A stretch of DNA of 64,000 bases from positions 22,065 to 86,064 of the IMG/VR virus record IMGVR_UViG_3300013800_000001; one strand, given 5' to 3'. The first letter of the stretch is position 1; each line of letters starts with the position of its first letter. The notes below the pieces were generated by a model that saw nothing but the letters and a program-made list of their open reading frames with translations, was not told the origin of the DNA and did no database searches. Positions 35,065 to 45,148 of the stretch are shown here, piece after piece. The position numbers and the translations under genes are program-made. Source of the DNA: a virus (Duplodnaviria; Heunggongvirae; Uroviricota; Caudoviricetes).

Positions 35065-35736
35065 ATGTACCCACTGAATAAATGGCTTTTATACCCTAGA
35101 GGATATAGATTCGGACAACCGACTTTTTATAGTGACTTTCACCTTGGTTTGGATGTAGTATGTCCGTCTGGAACTGAAATTATTGCATGGGATGACTTAG
35201 TGGTTTCTAATGCTCTGGTTGGTGCACAAGGAGGAAATACTATATGGGTGAAATCAGATGGAAAGCTGTTTCGTCTGATGCATCTTTCAAAACCTGGTAA
35301 AACAGGAACATATAAAAAAGGACAGGTCATAGGATATACTGGTAACACTGGTGCAAGCACAGCTCCGCATTTGCACATAGATATATCTAAGAATGGCAAT
35401 CTAGAGCTTAATAATCACGCTAATTTCATAGACCCAGAGGAATACTTTAAACAACTCAATGACAATAATATGGAACTCACAAAAGATCAGAAGAATGAAT
35501 TAGCAAAGTTAGGCTTTGACTTTGGAAACAATCTTAACTCATCAGAGCTTGATAAGCTGATTAAGAAAGCTGTTGATCTTCAAGAAGAGCCTGATCCAGT
35601 TTGTCCACCTGCCGAAAACTGTGATATATACAAGCAGCAGATAATTGAGAAAGATGCCGAAATAGCTGGATTGAGACCAAAGGCAGACGTAGGGAATCGT
35701 TTTATCGAAGTATCTAAAATGGCAAATAGCCTTTAG
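35065..35736 (+). CDS. Peptidase M23 (LytM-type) family protein
   Basis: HLGLDV ... GNTG...APHLHID motifs. Confidence 0.75.
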   Translation: MYPLNKWLLYPRGYRFGQPTFYSDFHLGLDVVCPSGTEIIAWDDLVVSNALVGAQGGNTIWVKSDGKLFRLMHLSKPGKTGTYKKGQVIGYTGNTGASTAPHLHIDISKNGNLELNNHANFIDPEEYFKQLNDNNMELTKDQKNELAKLGFDFGNNLNSSELDKLIKKAVDLQEEPDPVCPPAENCDIYKQQIIEKDAEIAGLRPKADVGNRFIEVSKMANSL

Positions 35737-35757
35737 AAGAGAAAAATTATACACTAT

Positions 35758-36045
35758 ATGAATATACTAGGTACAAATAAGCCCGTTACTGAGCCTAGTT
35801 TCTTCGCACTTCTTGTCAAAACAATTAATGTTAAGTTCTTGCATCTCGGCGTTTACACTTCAGTAGACGCCGCTTTTAGTGCTGCAATCGACCAAATGAA
35901 GGATCTTCCTTTCTATAACAGTGCAGATGCCGTTGAAATAGAACTATGGAATAGTGTGTCATTAAGTGAAATTGAACCTCCAAAGGATATTAAAAAAAGT
36001 GAAAAAGTAGATTCTAAGATAATAGAAAGGTCAACAAATGGCTAG
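35758..36045 (+). CDS. Hypothetical protein (95 aa)
   Basis: ORF track. Confidence 0.45.
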   Translation: MNILGTNKPVTEPSFFALLVKTINVKFLHLGVYTSVDAAFSAAIDQMKDLPFYNSADAVEIELWNSVSLSEIEPPKDIKKSEKVDSKIIERSTNG

Positions 36046-36054
36046 AAATGGGGG

Positions 36055-36084
36055 CTTGACAAATGGAAAACTAGGGTGTACACT
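36055..36084 (+). promoter_or_regulatory. Conserved promoter (TTGACA-N17-TACACT)
   Basis: cTTGACAaatggaaaactagggtgTACACT. Confidence 0.6.
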
Positions 36085-36111
36085 TAATTTACATTTAAGT
36101 AGTAAAAAAGT

Positions 36112-36426
36112 GTGATTATGTTGGAGAACCTCTTTAGAAAAGAAACAAGAACAGTCAGAGACGTTGCTATAAGCAGTCTTTGTGAAGTGATTAAGGACTA
36201 CTCTGAGTGGTACGACGAGAAAGGTCTTTATTTGCCACCTAATTTTGCTACTGATCCTGCAGGTTGGTGTGAGGCCCTCCACAAAATGAAGGAAGCTTTT
36301 ATGCTACTTAGAAATGCAGAAGACATGGATGACATTGAAGGGTATGAAAAAGACATTGTTGAAGGCTTAACCCTGTTTGGTGAAAATCTCATGTATATGA
36401 ATGATCCTAAAAAAGAAAACAAATAA
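36112..36426 (+). CDS. Hypothetical protein (104 aa)
   Basis: ORF track. Confidence 0.5.
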   Translation: MIMLENLFRKETRTVRDVAISSLCEVIKDYSEWYDEKGLYLPPNFATDPAGWCEALHKMKEAFMLLRNAEDMDDIEGYEKDIVEGLTLFGENLMYMNDPKKENK

Positions 36427-36937
36427 CTCTATGTATAAAAACTACGACAACTGCATATGTGATCCACTCGAAGCGTGGGAAAACAAGTCATATTGTTATG
36501 CCAAGAACTGTAAGAATATTATTAGTGCCAGAGACAGAACTAATAACTCTATACGCCTTTTGATTGGAACATTTATAATTGCTTCATTCTTTGTATTTTA
36601 CCCCCTAATTCATAATTTCTTTATTCTAAATAAGAGTATTTCTGATTGTCTGTGTGATAAACCTCATTCTGTTGTTGTACCGGTTACTTTTGTATTAGGA
36701 GGAGTAACGATGACCTTATCTTTTGTGGCTATTATGGATCTTATGAATAAAAGAAGGGCGATAGCAATAAGGCTAAATGAGCTGAAAGAAGAAGAAACAG
36801 TAAATAATTCACCTAAGAAAAGAAAGCGTATGCCAAGGATATTTAGATACTCTCTATACACGATACTGGTGCTATCACTATGGAAAGTATACACCAATTT
36901 GGAGCCGATAGTAATTTATTTTTTTAACAGACACTAA
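36401..36937 (+). CDS. Membrane protein (several TM segments, 178 aa)
   Basis: ORF track. Confidence 0.5.
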   Translation: MILKKKTNNSMYKNYDNCICDPLEAWENKSYCYAKNCKNIISARDRTNNSIRLLIGTFIIASFFVFYPLIHNFFILNKSISDCLCDKPHSVVVPVTFVLGGVTMTLSFVAIMDLMNKRRAIAIRLNELKEEETVNNSPKKRKRMPRIFRYSLYTILVLSLWKVYTNLEPIVIYFFNRH

Positions 36938-36938
36938 T

Positions 36939-37091
36939 ATGAACTTCTCAGAAAAATTAACAAAAGTGGAGAGCGAGCTAAATGAAATAACAAATGGGTC
37001 TATGTCATTCATTAAAAATCACAAGAAGTTGCTTCTTACAGTTGCTGTAGTGTACCTGGTGTACAAGTTTCTTTTTGGAGAAGAGGAATAG
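36939..37091 (+). CDS. Small protein with a C-terminal TM helix (50 aa), below the track cutoff
   Basis: Hand translation MNFSEKLTKVESELNEITNGSMSFIKNHKKLLLTVAVVYLVYKFLFGEEE. Confidence 0.3.
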   Translation: MNFSEKLTKVESELNEITNGSMSFIKNHKKLLLTVAVVYLVYKFLFGEEE

Positions 37092-37092
37092 T

Positions 37093-37353
37093 ATGTCAAA
37101 AAGCCCTTATTACTCAGAAAAACAGCTAGAGATTGATAGTATTCTACGATCATCACTCAAAGAAGACGCACCAAGCGACGTGATAGACACTATTATGACC
37201 ATTGTTGGGGATGCTGAGAATAAGGGCTCAGTGAGCAGTGAGGTAGAAAAAGGCGAAACAATAGATTCAATAAAGCTTCGTCTTTTGGATGAGAAGGATT
37301 GGAGAAAGAGAGCAGCTTTATCTGCCATGATAATTTCTAAGTCGCTTGAGTAA
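37093..37353 (+). CDS. Hypothetical protein. The ATG at 37093 is in frame with the track's TTG-initiated ORF 37075-37353.
   Basis: ORF track. Start adjusted to the first ATG. Confidence 0.45.
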   Translation: MSKSPYYSEKQLEIDSILRSSLKEDAPSDVIDTIMTIVGDAENKGSVSSEVEKGETIDSIKLRLLDEKDWRKRAALSAMIISKSLE

Positions 37354-37576
37354 AGCAAAAAGTGAGTTTTGTTCTTTACCTTATAGGAGGATGAATGTCA
37401 ATATTAACTAGGGAATGGCGTTCCCGAGTGTCTAGGTAGTAGTTTAAACAATATACTATGAAGCAACATCAGTTTCAGCCAAATTGTGAGTGATGAATAG
37501 TGAGTTTGATGAAGGGAGGCAAGGCAAAGAGTCCTTTTGGGGTAAAGAGCAAAGCTCATTTTAGTAAAAAATTATT

Positions 37577-37876
37577 ATGAAAAAATTCGATAAGTACACA
37601 GAAGAGCAAGATGGGAGAGTAAAGCTGACAAGCGCTCAGAAAGAAGAAATAAAAATACGCTATGCGGCTGGTGGAGTCTCTTGGAAAAATCTTGCAGAAG
37701 AGTATCATGTGAGTAAGAGATTGATAGGATTTATAGTAAATCCAGCTACTCTTGAGAAGGTATCAGAAAGGGTAAAAACTAGCTGGAAAACCTATCAGGC
37801 TACTAAAGAGCAAAGGAAGCTCATAATGCGTAAGTACAGAGCGAAAAAGAGAAGTTTAGGGTTAGCGTCAGGATAA
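37577..37876 (+). CDS. Hypothetical basic protein, possibly HTH DNA-binding (99 aa)
   Basis: ORF track. Segment GGVSWKNLAEEYHVSKRLIG. Confidence 0.45.
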   Translation: MKKFDKYTEEQDGRVKLTSAQKEEIKIRYAAGGVSWKNLAEEYHVSKRLIGFIVNPATLEKVSERVKTSWKTYQATKEQRKLIMRKYRAKKRSLGLASG

Positions 37877-37988
37877 TTTGTATGTCCATTCATGCACAAG
37901 GGGAATATGAAAAGTTTTGAAACTTCTTTTCTATAGCCTTGTGCAGTAGTGGATATATCAGTATAAACAATCATTAAATCAAAAACAT

Positions 37989-38453
37989 ATGAAAGCATTA
38001 GGATATATTTTGTTAATAATAGGGGTATTCTTCGGAATATCAGTAGCAGCCCTTGGCTTAAAGGCTCTTTTCTTTCCACTTCATGTGGCTGAAAAAGAGG
38101 TTCAACTTGGACATGATGTTGTTGATAAAACATTGGACGCTGATAATGCCATCTATAACTACGAATGGTTCAAGAGGCAGAAAGAGCAAATTGATGCTAC
38201 TAACAAGAAGCTACAGATAGCAGATGAGGCTGCTGCATCTTTTAGCGAAGAAGCTGGACCACGTAAAGATTGGACATTTGAAGATAAGAATGAGTCTGCC
38301 CGTCTACATGCCATATCTCAAGGTATTGAGAGCCAGTTGAAAGATATGATTGCTGAATATAATGCTCGCACCAAGATGGCTAATCGTAATATCTTTGAGG
38401 ATGGGATTCTTCCTGATTTCATAGATGCTACAACCTTTATCTTTAAGCAATAA
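37989..38453 (+). CDS. Membrane-anchored protein (N-terminal TM helix, 154 aa)
   Basis: ORF track. Confidence 0.5.
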   Translation: MKALGYILLIIGVFFGISVAALGLKALFFPLHVAEKEVQLGHDVVDKTLDADNAIYNYEWFKRQKEQIDATNKKLQIADEAAASFSEEAGPRKDWTFEDKNESARLHAISQGIESQLKDMIAEYNARTKMANRNIFEDGILPDFIDATTFIFKQ

Positions 38454-38457
38454 CCAT

Positions 38458-39036
38458 ATGAAAAAGTATATATTTCGAGGAGGATTTCTTTTCCTATTAC
38501 TGGCCACATTAACTGGTTGTTCTGCAAATTCTGACGTAAAGCAGTCTTCAGGGAATATAGAGCAGAATCATACTGAAGAAAATCAAAAGAATCTTGTAAA
38601 GAATCAGCCTCCAGTAACATTAGATTGGTCATTGGAGAGAGAAAACATCAATAAGCGCACCAGTCTTTGGAACGATGCCAATAAGATCAGCTATATCTAT
38701 CTAGTGAATTATGGTAAAGTGATGGCTTTTTACACCCTAAAGGGGAAGGTATCATCAGTGAATAGTCATATTACTAATGACTCCCAACTAAGTTGGAAAT
38801 GTGTAAATGCAGACGGTACATATGCAACAAATGAGGGGTGTAGTGGTTTTGGGCAAAGACAAGTAGATGGGATTATTCCATCACCAGCAGAGGACGGTAG
38901 CTATGGAACGAATGGTGATGCTATTTTCTTTTTCACTACTGAAGGGGCATATGTTGAGTGGGCTGGAGATTACATGCTGGCTGATCAGCCACTGAAGCTT
39001 ACTACCCAACCAGAGCTCATTAGAGAGATTAAATAA
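38458..39036 (+). CDS. Lipoprotein (signal peptide with lipobox LTGC). Start moved to the Met at 38458.
   Basis: MKKYIFRGGFLFLLLATLTGCS. The track ORF began 33 nt earlier, inside the previous gene. Confidence 0.55.
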   Translation: MKKYIFRGGFLFLLLATLTGCSANSDVKQSSGNIEQNHTEENQKNLVKNQPPVTLDWSLERENINKRTSLWNDANKISYIYLVNYGKVMAFYTLKGKVSSVNSHITNDSQLSWKCVNADGTYATNEGCSGFGQRQVDGIIPSPAEDGSYGTNGDAIFFFTTEGAYVEWAGDYMLADQPLKLTTQPELIREIK

Positions 39037-39048
39037 TAATCTAATTAT

Positions 39049-39222
39049 ATGGATATAAAAGAAGCAAAGGAAAAACTAAGTAAGGCTCACGGAGATGATG
39101 ATGCCTACCACGCTCTTTTTGATAAAATTATCGAGATGAGACTTGAAGAGCTAGATAAAGAGTTTATGGATGAAATGAAAAAGATCTATGATGAGAGTAA
39201 TTGTTGCCGATTTTACGCTTAA
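39049..39222 (+). CDS. Small hypothetical protein (57 aa)
   Basis: Hand translation MDIKEAKEKLSKAHGDDDAYHALFDKIIEMRLEELDKEFMDEMKKIYDESNCCRFYA. Confidence 0.3.
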   Translation: MDIKEAKEKLSKAHGDDDAYHALFDKIIEMRLEELDKEFMDEMKKIYDESNCCRFYA

Positions 39223-39233
39223 TAGATAACTAT

Positions 39234-39524
39234 ATGGAGTGCATAACATGTGAAGGAAATGGATTTACGTCAGAACATGCCCCAGCTGGTGTGCACGGAG
39301 GAGATGGAGAGTGTTTGGTGTGTCCAATACAAGTTGGATGCGAAGATTGCCAAGGTACTGGTCATAAACCCATAGAGGATGTTGTAGATAACATGGTTCG
39401 TGACTTCACAAAAGTGCACCCTATGCCAAAAAGTGAGGCCAGAAGAAGGCTAAATAGTCTTATAGAGGCAGTTAGAGAAGAAAGAAAAGGGTGCTATGAG
39501 TGTGGGTCTGTAACCGGTAAGTAG
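39234..39524 (+). CDS. DnaJ-type zinc-finger (CxxCxGxG repeats) protein
   Basis: CITCEGNG ... CLVCP ... CEDCQGTG ... CYECG. Confidence 0.5.
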   Translation: MECITCEGNGFTSEHAPAGVHGGDGECLVCPIQVGCEDCQGTGHKPIEDVVDNMVRDFTKVHPMPKSEARRRLNSLIEAVREERKGCYECGSVTGK

Positions 39525-39534
39525 ATAAAAGCCT

Positions 39535-39849
39535 ATGACAATTAAAGAAACAATCGAGAAAGCTATTGAAGGAGGGTATTTAGGCGGTAAATCCTTTGCT
39601 AAATACAGAAACAAATCAGGTATTATCGTCTATGAGGTAGAAGATTATGTTACCCCAAAGCCTACTATGACTATATCCGAAGCATTTCTTGACCCACTTT
39701 TCTGGAAATCACTCGGTAAGGCCATGTCATGGGGTGAGGTCAGGCCAGACGGAGTAAACTACAAACCAGAATGGTTATGGCGTTGGCATCTTTTTATTGA
39801 CCACCTTGCTAAAGGAAAAAATCCTAAATCATTTTTTGAAAATCTGTAA
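39535..39849 (+). CDS. Hypothetical protein (104 aa)
   Basis: ORF track. Confidence 0.5.
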   Translation: MTIKETIEKAIEGGYLGGKSFAKYRNKSGIIVYEVEDYVTPKPTMTISEAFLDPLFWKSLGKAMSWGEVRPDGVNYKPEWLWRWHLFIDHLAKGKNPKSFFENL

Positions 39850-39867
39850 CCGGTAAATAAAAAATAT

Positions 39868-40392
39868 ATGTCTAAGAAATCATATAAAGAAATAGAAGAA
39901 AAAGCAGAGAAACTTCGAGGTAAGACTATCAGGGATTTTGTAAAAATAACTGAATGGAAAGACGTTGAGAGGGCTATGAAGTATTGGTATCCAGGAACAA
40001 GAAAATCTGTAATGGGACGTTATAAAGAAATATTCGAGTGGCTAAAGACAGTGCCTCGTATAACACCTAAAGATAAAAAGGACTTTCTTGAATTTCAGTT
40101 GTGTGATGAATTATTTTGGTCTGCTCAGAGGGGAAAGGTAGACGAAGATGACTTTCGCCAATGTTACCACGTAAACTCAACGAAGTTCTCTTGTTCATTT
40201 AGGCCTTGGAAAACAATTGCAAACTTAGAGGTTAAGCCTATCTATAGGGAAAATATTCCACGTCCTGATATGATTGCAATGATGCTTTGGGAGATTACAT
40301 TCTACGGATATCATGAAGAAGAAATTGATAAACTGGGTAAGGATCTCAATAAGTCAGTGAAGGATATTAAAAAATCGTTGTCTAAGAAGTAA
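39868..40392 (+). CDS. Hypothetical protein (174 aa)
   Basis: ORF track. Confidence 0.55.
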   Translation: MSKKSYKEIEEKAEKLRGKTIRDFVKITEWKDVERAMKYWYPGTRKSVMGRYKEIFEWLKTVPRITPKDKKDFLEFQLCDELFWSAQRGKVDEDDFRQCYHVNSTKFSCSFRPWKTIANLEVKPIYRENIPRPDMIAMMLWEITFYGYHEEEIDKLGKDLNKSVKDIKKSLSKK

Positions 40393-40412
40393 TAATCGAT
40401 AAACGTAACAAT

Positions 40413-41453
40413 ATGGCAAAACGAGAACAAATCGAAGAAGATGGCACATCATTAGAGGATGCCTTGAAGAAGCTTAGAAAAGAGTACGGCCCTGGTGTTA
40501 TCTTGAGTTCAAAAGATATTCCTACCAATATTGAGGCTATCTCAACTGGATGTTTTGCCTTGGATAACCTCCTAGGGTGTGGAGGACTCCCTAAAGGAAG
40601 GATTATCGAGATATTTGGAGAGCCATCCGAGGGCAAATCAACACTTTGCTTGTTTTTGACTGCTCAAGTCCAAAAATCAGGTGGAACAGTGCTCTATATA
40701 GACGCTGAGAACGCGTATGATGCGTTCTACGCCAAGAATATGGGTGTAGACACTGATAAGCTCCTTATCTCACAACCATCGACCTTAGAGGAGACTTTTG
40801 ACACGGTTCGTGCAATGGCTGAAACGAAGAAGATTGATCTCATTGTTGTTGACTCTGTAGCTGCATTGGTGCCGAAAAGTGAGTTGGAAGGTGAAGATAT
40901 GCTAAAAGAGACCATGGCACTGCAGGCTAGACTTCTTGGGAAAGCCCTTAGAATCGTCACAGGACCTATTTCTAGGAGCAATACAGTGGTTATCTTCATC
41001 AACCAGACCCGTTCTAAAGTAGGCATTGTATGGGGAAATCCAGAGACTACACCAGGAGGTAAGGCTTTGAAGTTCTTTGCATCTGTAAGACTTAAAGTCT
41101 CAAAGGGAGATAAGATCTTTGGAGCGAATAAAGATGAGCAGATAGGGAATACAGTCAAGATCACAGCGGTTAAGAACAAAGTAGGTCTCCCGTTTAGAAA
41201 AGCAGAGTTTGATCTGTATTACGGTTCAGGAGTAGACCTCGTAGCAGATACAATAGATACGGCTGAAGAATTAAAGCTCATCAAGAAAGAAGGAATGACT
41301 TATTTCTCAGGAGATACAAAGATAGCAGTTGGACGAGAGAAAATGATAGAAGCTTTAAGAAATGATAAAAAACTATATGCAGAAATCCGTAAAAGCGTCG
41401 AAAAAGCCCTCCAAGCCAAAAAAGAAGGTCCAAAAGAAACAGCCGGAGCTTAA
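40413..41453 (+). CDS. recA: RecA-family recombinase
   Basis: ALDNLLGCGGLPKGRIIEIFGEPSEGKSTLCL (Walker A). FINQTRSKVG (L2-like). Size fits. Confidence 0.9.
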   Translation: MAKREQIEEDGTSLEDALKKLRKEYGPGVILSSKDIPTNIEAISTGCFALDNLLGCGGLPKGRIIEIFGEPSEGKSTLCLFLTAQVQKSGGTVLYIDAENAYDAFYAKNMGVDTDKLLISQPSTLEETFDTVRAMAETKKIDLIVVDSVAALVPKSELEGEDMLKETMALQARLLGKALRIVTGPISRSNTVVIFINQTRSKVGIVWGNPETTPGGKALKFFASVRLKVSKGDKIFGANKDEQIGNTVKITAVKNKVGLPFRKAEFDLYYGSGVDLVADTIDTAEELKLIKKEGMTYFSGDTKIAVGREKMIEALRNDKKLYAEIRKSVEKALQAKKEGPKETAGA

Positions 41454-41550
41454 TCATATTCCAACAAAGCTGAGAAAGCTGATTGGTACGAGTGTCAATG
41501 ACTACATTAAAGTCCTTGGCATAGGGAACTATAAGGTCAAAACATTCTAT

Positions 41551-41859
41551 ATGAAAAAGGATGTTGAAGTACCTGGTGATAGCAGCGTATTGGCTTCAAT
41601 GAACGTTGATATGCGATATCTTAATGCCAATCTATACATTTACCCATCAATGATTAGGAATTGGAACCAGAAGATAATGGATGATGAGGATATCAAAGAT
41701 GCAATCGCCCATGAGATATCTCACATTGCCACTAATCATATGTATATGCTGGCTACATCAATCTATAAGGACGAAGGCGAGATGAAAGATGCTTGGGAGT
41801 CTCTAACTACAGTTATTGGGCGACTAGTCCATGAGATAGATTCACATAGAAAAAAATAA
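41551..41859 (+). CDS. Small HExxH-motif protein (AHEISHIATNH), a putative zincin-like domain. Start moved to the first ATG after the recA stop.
   Basis: Distal part of track ORF 41362-41859, which overlaps recA in another frame. Confidence 0.4.
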   Translation: MKKDVEVPGDSSVLASMNVDMRYLNANLYIYPSMIRNWNQKIMDDEDIKDAIAHEISHIATNHMYMLATSIYKDEGEMKDAWESLTTVIGRLVHEIDSHRKK

Positions 41860-41860
41860 T

Positions 41861-42415
41861 ATGACATTTGTTTCACTTCAACAATTATCTTACTTCCTCA
41901 ATAAGTACAAAATGACAGGCAGAATAGCCGATTTTGGAGGTACAGACAAAATAGGATCAGAAATAGTCAAACAAATGCTTAGTTTAAGGGATGTTACTGT
42001 CCGTCAAGGTGAGCCAGGAGCTGAGAAGAATTTACTATTGTCAGGAGAACCGAAAAAGAAGGTCCCTACATACCATGTTCTTGATTATGATAATGGTGTT
42101 GACCTGCTAAAGCCTATCCCTGGTGAGAAGTTTGACGGAGGTCTTTGTATGGACTTACTAGAACATACAAGCAACCCGTTCATAGTGGCAGATAATATTT
42201 CTGATTCATTAAAGAAAGGCGCTATTCTTTTTGTGACAGTGCCGTGGGTATGGGAGATTCACCACTATCCAAATGACTACTGGAGATTTGCTCCACAGGG
42301 ACTTGAAGAGATATTCCCTAAAATGAAGGTATTATCTATGGAAATGATTAGAGATAAGTCTGACATAGAAGAACTCCCGAGACATAGATTAGTAGCAGTA
42401 TTCAAAAAGAAGTAA
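41861..42415 (+). CDS. Putative class I SAM-dependent methyltransferase
   Basis: ADFGGTDKIGSE (motif I-like), LCMDLLEH and ILFVTVP segments resemble methyltransferase type 11. Call is weak. Confidence 0.4.
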   Translation: MTFVSLQQLSYFLNKYKMTGRIADFGGTDKIGSEIVKQMLSLRDVTVRQGEPGAEKNLLLSGEPKKKVPTYHVLDYDNGVDLLKPIPGEKFDGGLCMDLLEHTSNPFIVADNISDSLKKGAILFVTVPWVWEIHHYPNDYWRFAPQGLEEIFPKMKVLSMEMIRDKSDIEELPRHRLVAVFKKK

Positions 42416-42417
42416 TT

Positions 42418-42714
42418 ATGAAAGGTTACGATATTGATGGTGTTTTGAGTTTAGGCATAGAGCCATCAGGTGAATATGTTGTTATATCTGGGAGAACTAT
42501 GGCTGAGTATGATGAATTAGTGAAATATCTTGCTCAAAAAGCCCCTGTATACATAAGATGCACAGGTGAATATGGTGATAGGAAAGATGCTGGAAAATTT
42601 AAGGCAAAAATGATCAATATACTTGGAGTAACAGAGTTTCACGAAGACGATCCTATCCAGGCAGAAATCATAAAAAAAGCCTGTCCAAAGTGCCAAGTAG
42701 TTATGCACAAATAG
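42418..42714 (+). CDS. Hypothetical protein (98 aa)
   Basis: ORF track. Confidence 0.5.
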   Translation: MKGYDIDGVLSLGIEPSGEYVVISGRTMAEYDELVKYLAQKAPVYIRCTGEYGDRKDAGKFKAKMINILGVTEFHEDDPIQAEIIKKACPKCQVVMHK

Positions 42715-42718
42715 AAAA

Positions 42719-42748
42719 CTTGACAAATGGAAAATCATCGTGTACACT
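42719..42748 (+). promoter_or_regulatory. Conserved promoter (TTGACA-N17-TACACT)
   Basis: cTTGACAaatggaaaatcatcgtgTACACT. Confidence 0.65.
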
Positions 42749-42823
42749 AAAAAAGTAAGTATTGGTGTGGTCGATCCATCTAACAAAGTAAGAAAGTCTA
42801 ATTAAACGATAAAGTATAAATAT

Positions 42824-43558
42824 ATGAGCGACTTAAATATTTTCGATAGTGCAGCCCCACAGGCTGGTGAATTCTTCAAGTTCAAAGAAGTCGGTGATTC
42901 TCTTCAGGGTACATACATTGATGTCCGAAAAGTGATGGATAGCTTTGGTAATCAACAAACTATCTACGTGATTCAAGATAAGGATGGTAAAGTTTGGAAT
43001 GCAGGATTTCGTGATTCCCAAGTATTCATTCATGAAAGAATGAGTGGTATTCGCTTTGGGCAGATTATTGGATTTCGATTTGATGAAAACCGAGAAAGCA
43101 AGAAAAAGCCAGGTACAATGGCTAAGATTATTCGTGTATATGCTGACCCTAAATTCGTAAATACAGAGTGGTTGGAACAGCAAAAAGAGCTAGAGTCAAA
43201 GTTTGGTGCCACAGCTCCAGCTTATTCAGCTCCTGCTCCAGTTGCTGACGTACCATTCGAAAGCAATCACTTCGAGAAAAATGATACACCTTCAATCAAC
43301 ATGGACCCGTTTTCAGTCCCTGCTGATGCATCTCCTGTTTCAGGAGCATTGCCTACAGATAGCGCAGTTTCAGGTAGTGAACAGCCTAAAAATGATGCTC
43401 TCGATGCAGTTAGACAATTAGCTCTCACCAAGGGTCTCACTCATCAGGCCATGACTCCTATTGAGGCAGATGCTGCAATTGAAGGATTCGCAGAAATGGA
43501 TCTTAATGAAGAAAACCTCACTAAGATCATCATCAAGCTAACTAGCTTCAGTAAATAG
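42824..43558 (+). CDS. Hypothetical protein, possibly an OB-fold ssDNA-binding protein (244 aa)
   Basis: ORF track. It lies between recA and sbcD. The Ser/Pro/Ala-rich acidic tail is suggestive only. Confidence 0.5.
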   Translation: MSDLNIFDSAAPQAGEFFKFKEVGDSLQGTYIDVRKVMDSFGNQQTIYVIQDKDGKVWNAGFRDSQVFIHERMSGIRFGQIIGFRFDENRESKKKPGTMAKIIRVYADPKFVNTEWLEQQKELESKFGATAPAYSAPAPVADVPFESNHFEKNDTPSINMDPFSVPADASPVSGALPTDSAVSGSEQPKNDALDAVRQLALTKGLTHQAMTPIEADAAIEGFAEMDLNEENLTKIIIKLTSFSK

Positions 43559-43567
43559 GTTTTCTAT

Positions 43568-44566
43568 ATGAAGGTATTAATTCTAGGTGATCCACACTTC
43601 CGAGCTGAAATGCCTTATTCGTCCTCTCTTCCTGATGGGAGAAAGGACGAATGGGAGGGGGTTAAAAATACTCTCCTTGAAGAGGCAAAGAAATGTGATG
43701 CAATCGTCCTGATGGGTGATAACCTAAACTCAAGAAATAATCCTTCTATAGTGCTCAGGGAATTCGTCGAATTCTTAAACGGGTTCGGCGAAAAACCTGT
43801 GCATATACTCATAGGTAATCATGAAAGACAGGGCTCTAATACAGCATTAGATTTCCTAGATAGAGTCAACCATCCTAACTGGAATGTTTACTCAGAAATA
43901 TCAGAACGTCAGATTGGAGATGGAGTACATGCTACATTTGTCCCTTATATGACACCAGCCCTACTCGGTCTTGGAACGAAAGAAGAAGCAGAAGGTCACA
44001 TCAATGGTCTAAATCAATCAGATATAGCATTTTTTCATCATGCCATTACTGGTACGTCAAACACAGAATTTTTTGATGAGATAATGATAGATCAATCTAA
44101 GTTGAAGTTTGGATTCACGTTTGGAGGTCATGTCCATAAGCATGAAAAACTAGCTGACAATGTTATAGTGACTGGAAATTTAATGACTCATGAGGTTGGA
44201 GAACACGAGAAATTTGCATGGATATGGGATAGTAATACTAATAAGGCAGAGGAGATAAAACTCCCAGTCAGGGGTATATACAAATTCGTGTGGGAAGAAC
44301 AGACAGAACAGTCCACAGAAATACCGATGAATTCAATAGTAAAGTGCTATGTCACTGACAAGAAAACGAATATAGAAGACGTAAAAACATTCCTTGAACC
44401 GTTTGACGCATCACTGATAGTCGAGCAGTACCCTTCAGAAAGACAGAAGGTTCATGTGCAAGATGGAGCCTTAGATACATCTATAGAATCGATGTTAAAG
44501 GTATATGCTGAGGCAAAGGGAGTTGATTATGCAGATTTAATGGGTGGTTTAGAGTTAATAAAGTAA
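43568..44566 (+). CDS. sbcD: SbcD/Mre11-like metallophosphoesterase nuclease
   Basis: LGDPHF, MGDNLN and IGNHE phosphoesterase motifs. Size and a downstream SbcC partner. Confidence 0.8.
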   Translation: MKVLILGDPHFRAEMPYSSSLPDGRKDEWEGVKNTLLEEAKKCDAIVLMGDNLNSRNNPSIVLREFVEFLNGFGEKPVHILIGNHERQGSNTALDFLDRVNHPNWNVYSEISERQIGDGVHATFVPYMTPALLGLGTKEEAEGHINGLNQSDIAFFHHAITGTSNTEFFDEIMIDQSKLKFGFTFGGHVHKHEKLADNVIVTGNLMTHEVGEHEKFAWIWDSNTNKAEEIKLPVRGIYKFVWEEQTEQSTEIPMNSIVKCYVTDKKTNIEDVKTFLEPFDASLIVEQYPSERQKVHVQDGALDTSIESMLKVYAEAKGVDYADLMGGLELIK

Positions 44567-44570
44567 AAAT

Positions 44571-44900
44571 ATGTTTATTACAAAAGAGATTGTTATACCA
44601 GCCACTCCAGAAAAGACAATATCAAAGAGTGTCAGAATCTGCGATATATGCAAACAAGAGGGTAGTACTGTAGTATGTGTTCAGTGTAGAAGAGATGCCT
44701 GTAGTAATTACACCAAAGACTGCTCTACATACGATTCTAGAGATCATGGTGATTACCCTGATAGATACTGTAAAATCTGCCACAATATAAAATTCGAGAA
44801 GTACAAGCAAGAATATCTTGATATTGAGCAGGAAGCGGAAGATAAGTACCAAAAGCTGAATGAGAAAATAACTGAAGAATCATTATTAATTAATACATAA
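44571..44900 (+). CDS. Cys-rich zinc-finger protein (109 aa)
   Basis: CDICKQ...CVQC...C...YCKICHN. Confidence 0.5.
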   Translation: MFITKEIVIPATPEKTISKSVRICDICKQEGSTVVCVQCRRDACSNYTKDCSTYDSRDHGDYPDRYCKICHNIKFEKYKQEYLDIEQEAEDKYQKLNEKITEESLLINT

Positions 44901-44904
44901 TATT

Positions 44905-45144
44905 ATGCAACTCCCAAAAATAGACATTGACGGCGCCTACAAAGGTATTGACTCAGCTTTTAGAGAAAGACTCACAAAGAGCGATCTAAAGCATTTTCAG
45001 AATGGTTACAACCAAGCTGTAAGTGACATGGCAGAGCTTGAAAGAAAGGAATTCGATAAAAAAACTCCAGGAGATGGATGTTGTAATGATGAAAGAGCAG
45101 AAGAAGTCAGTGAAACAATTGCTATAAGAGTGATATTAGTATAA
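44905..45144 (+). CDS. Hypothetical protein (79 aa)
   Basis: ORF track. Confidence 0.45.
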   Translation: MQLPKIDIDGAYKGIDSAFRERLTKSDLKHFQNGYNQAVSDMAELERKEFDKKTPGDGCCNDERAEEVSETIAIRVILV

Positions 45145-45148
45145 TCCA

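Noticed and set aside
41362-41550. N-terminal 63 codons of track ORF 41362-41859
   Set aside because: They overlap the 3' end of recA in a different frame and contain no ATG. The gene most likely starts at the ATG at 41551.
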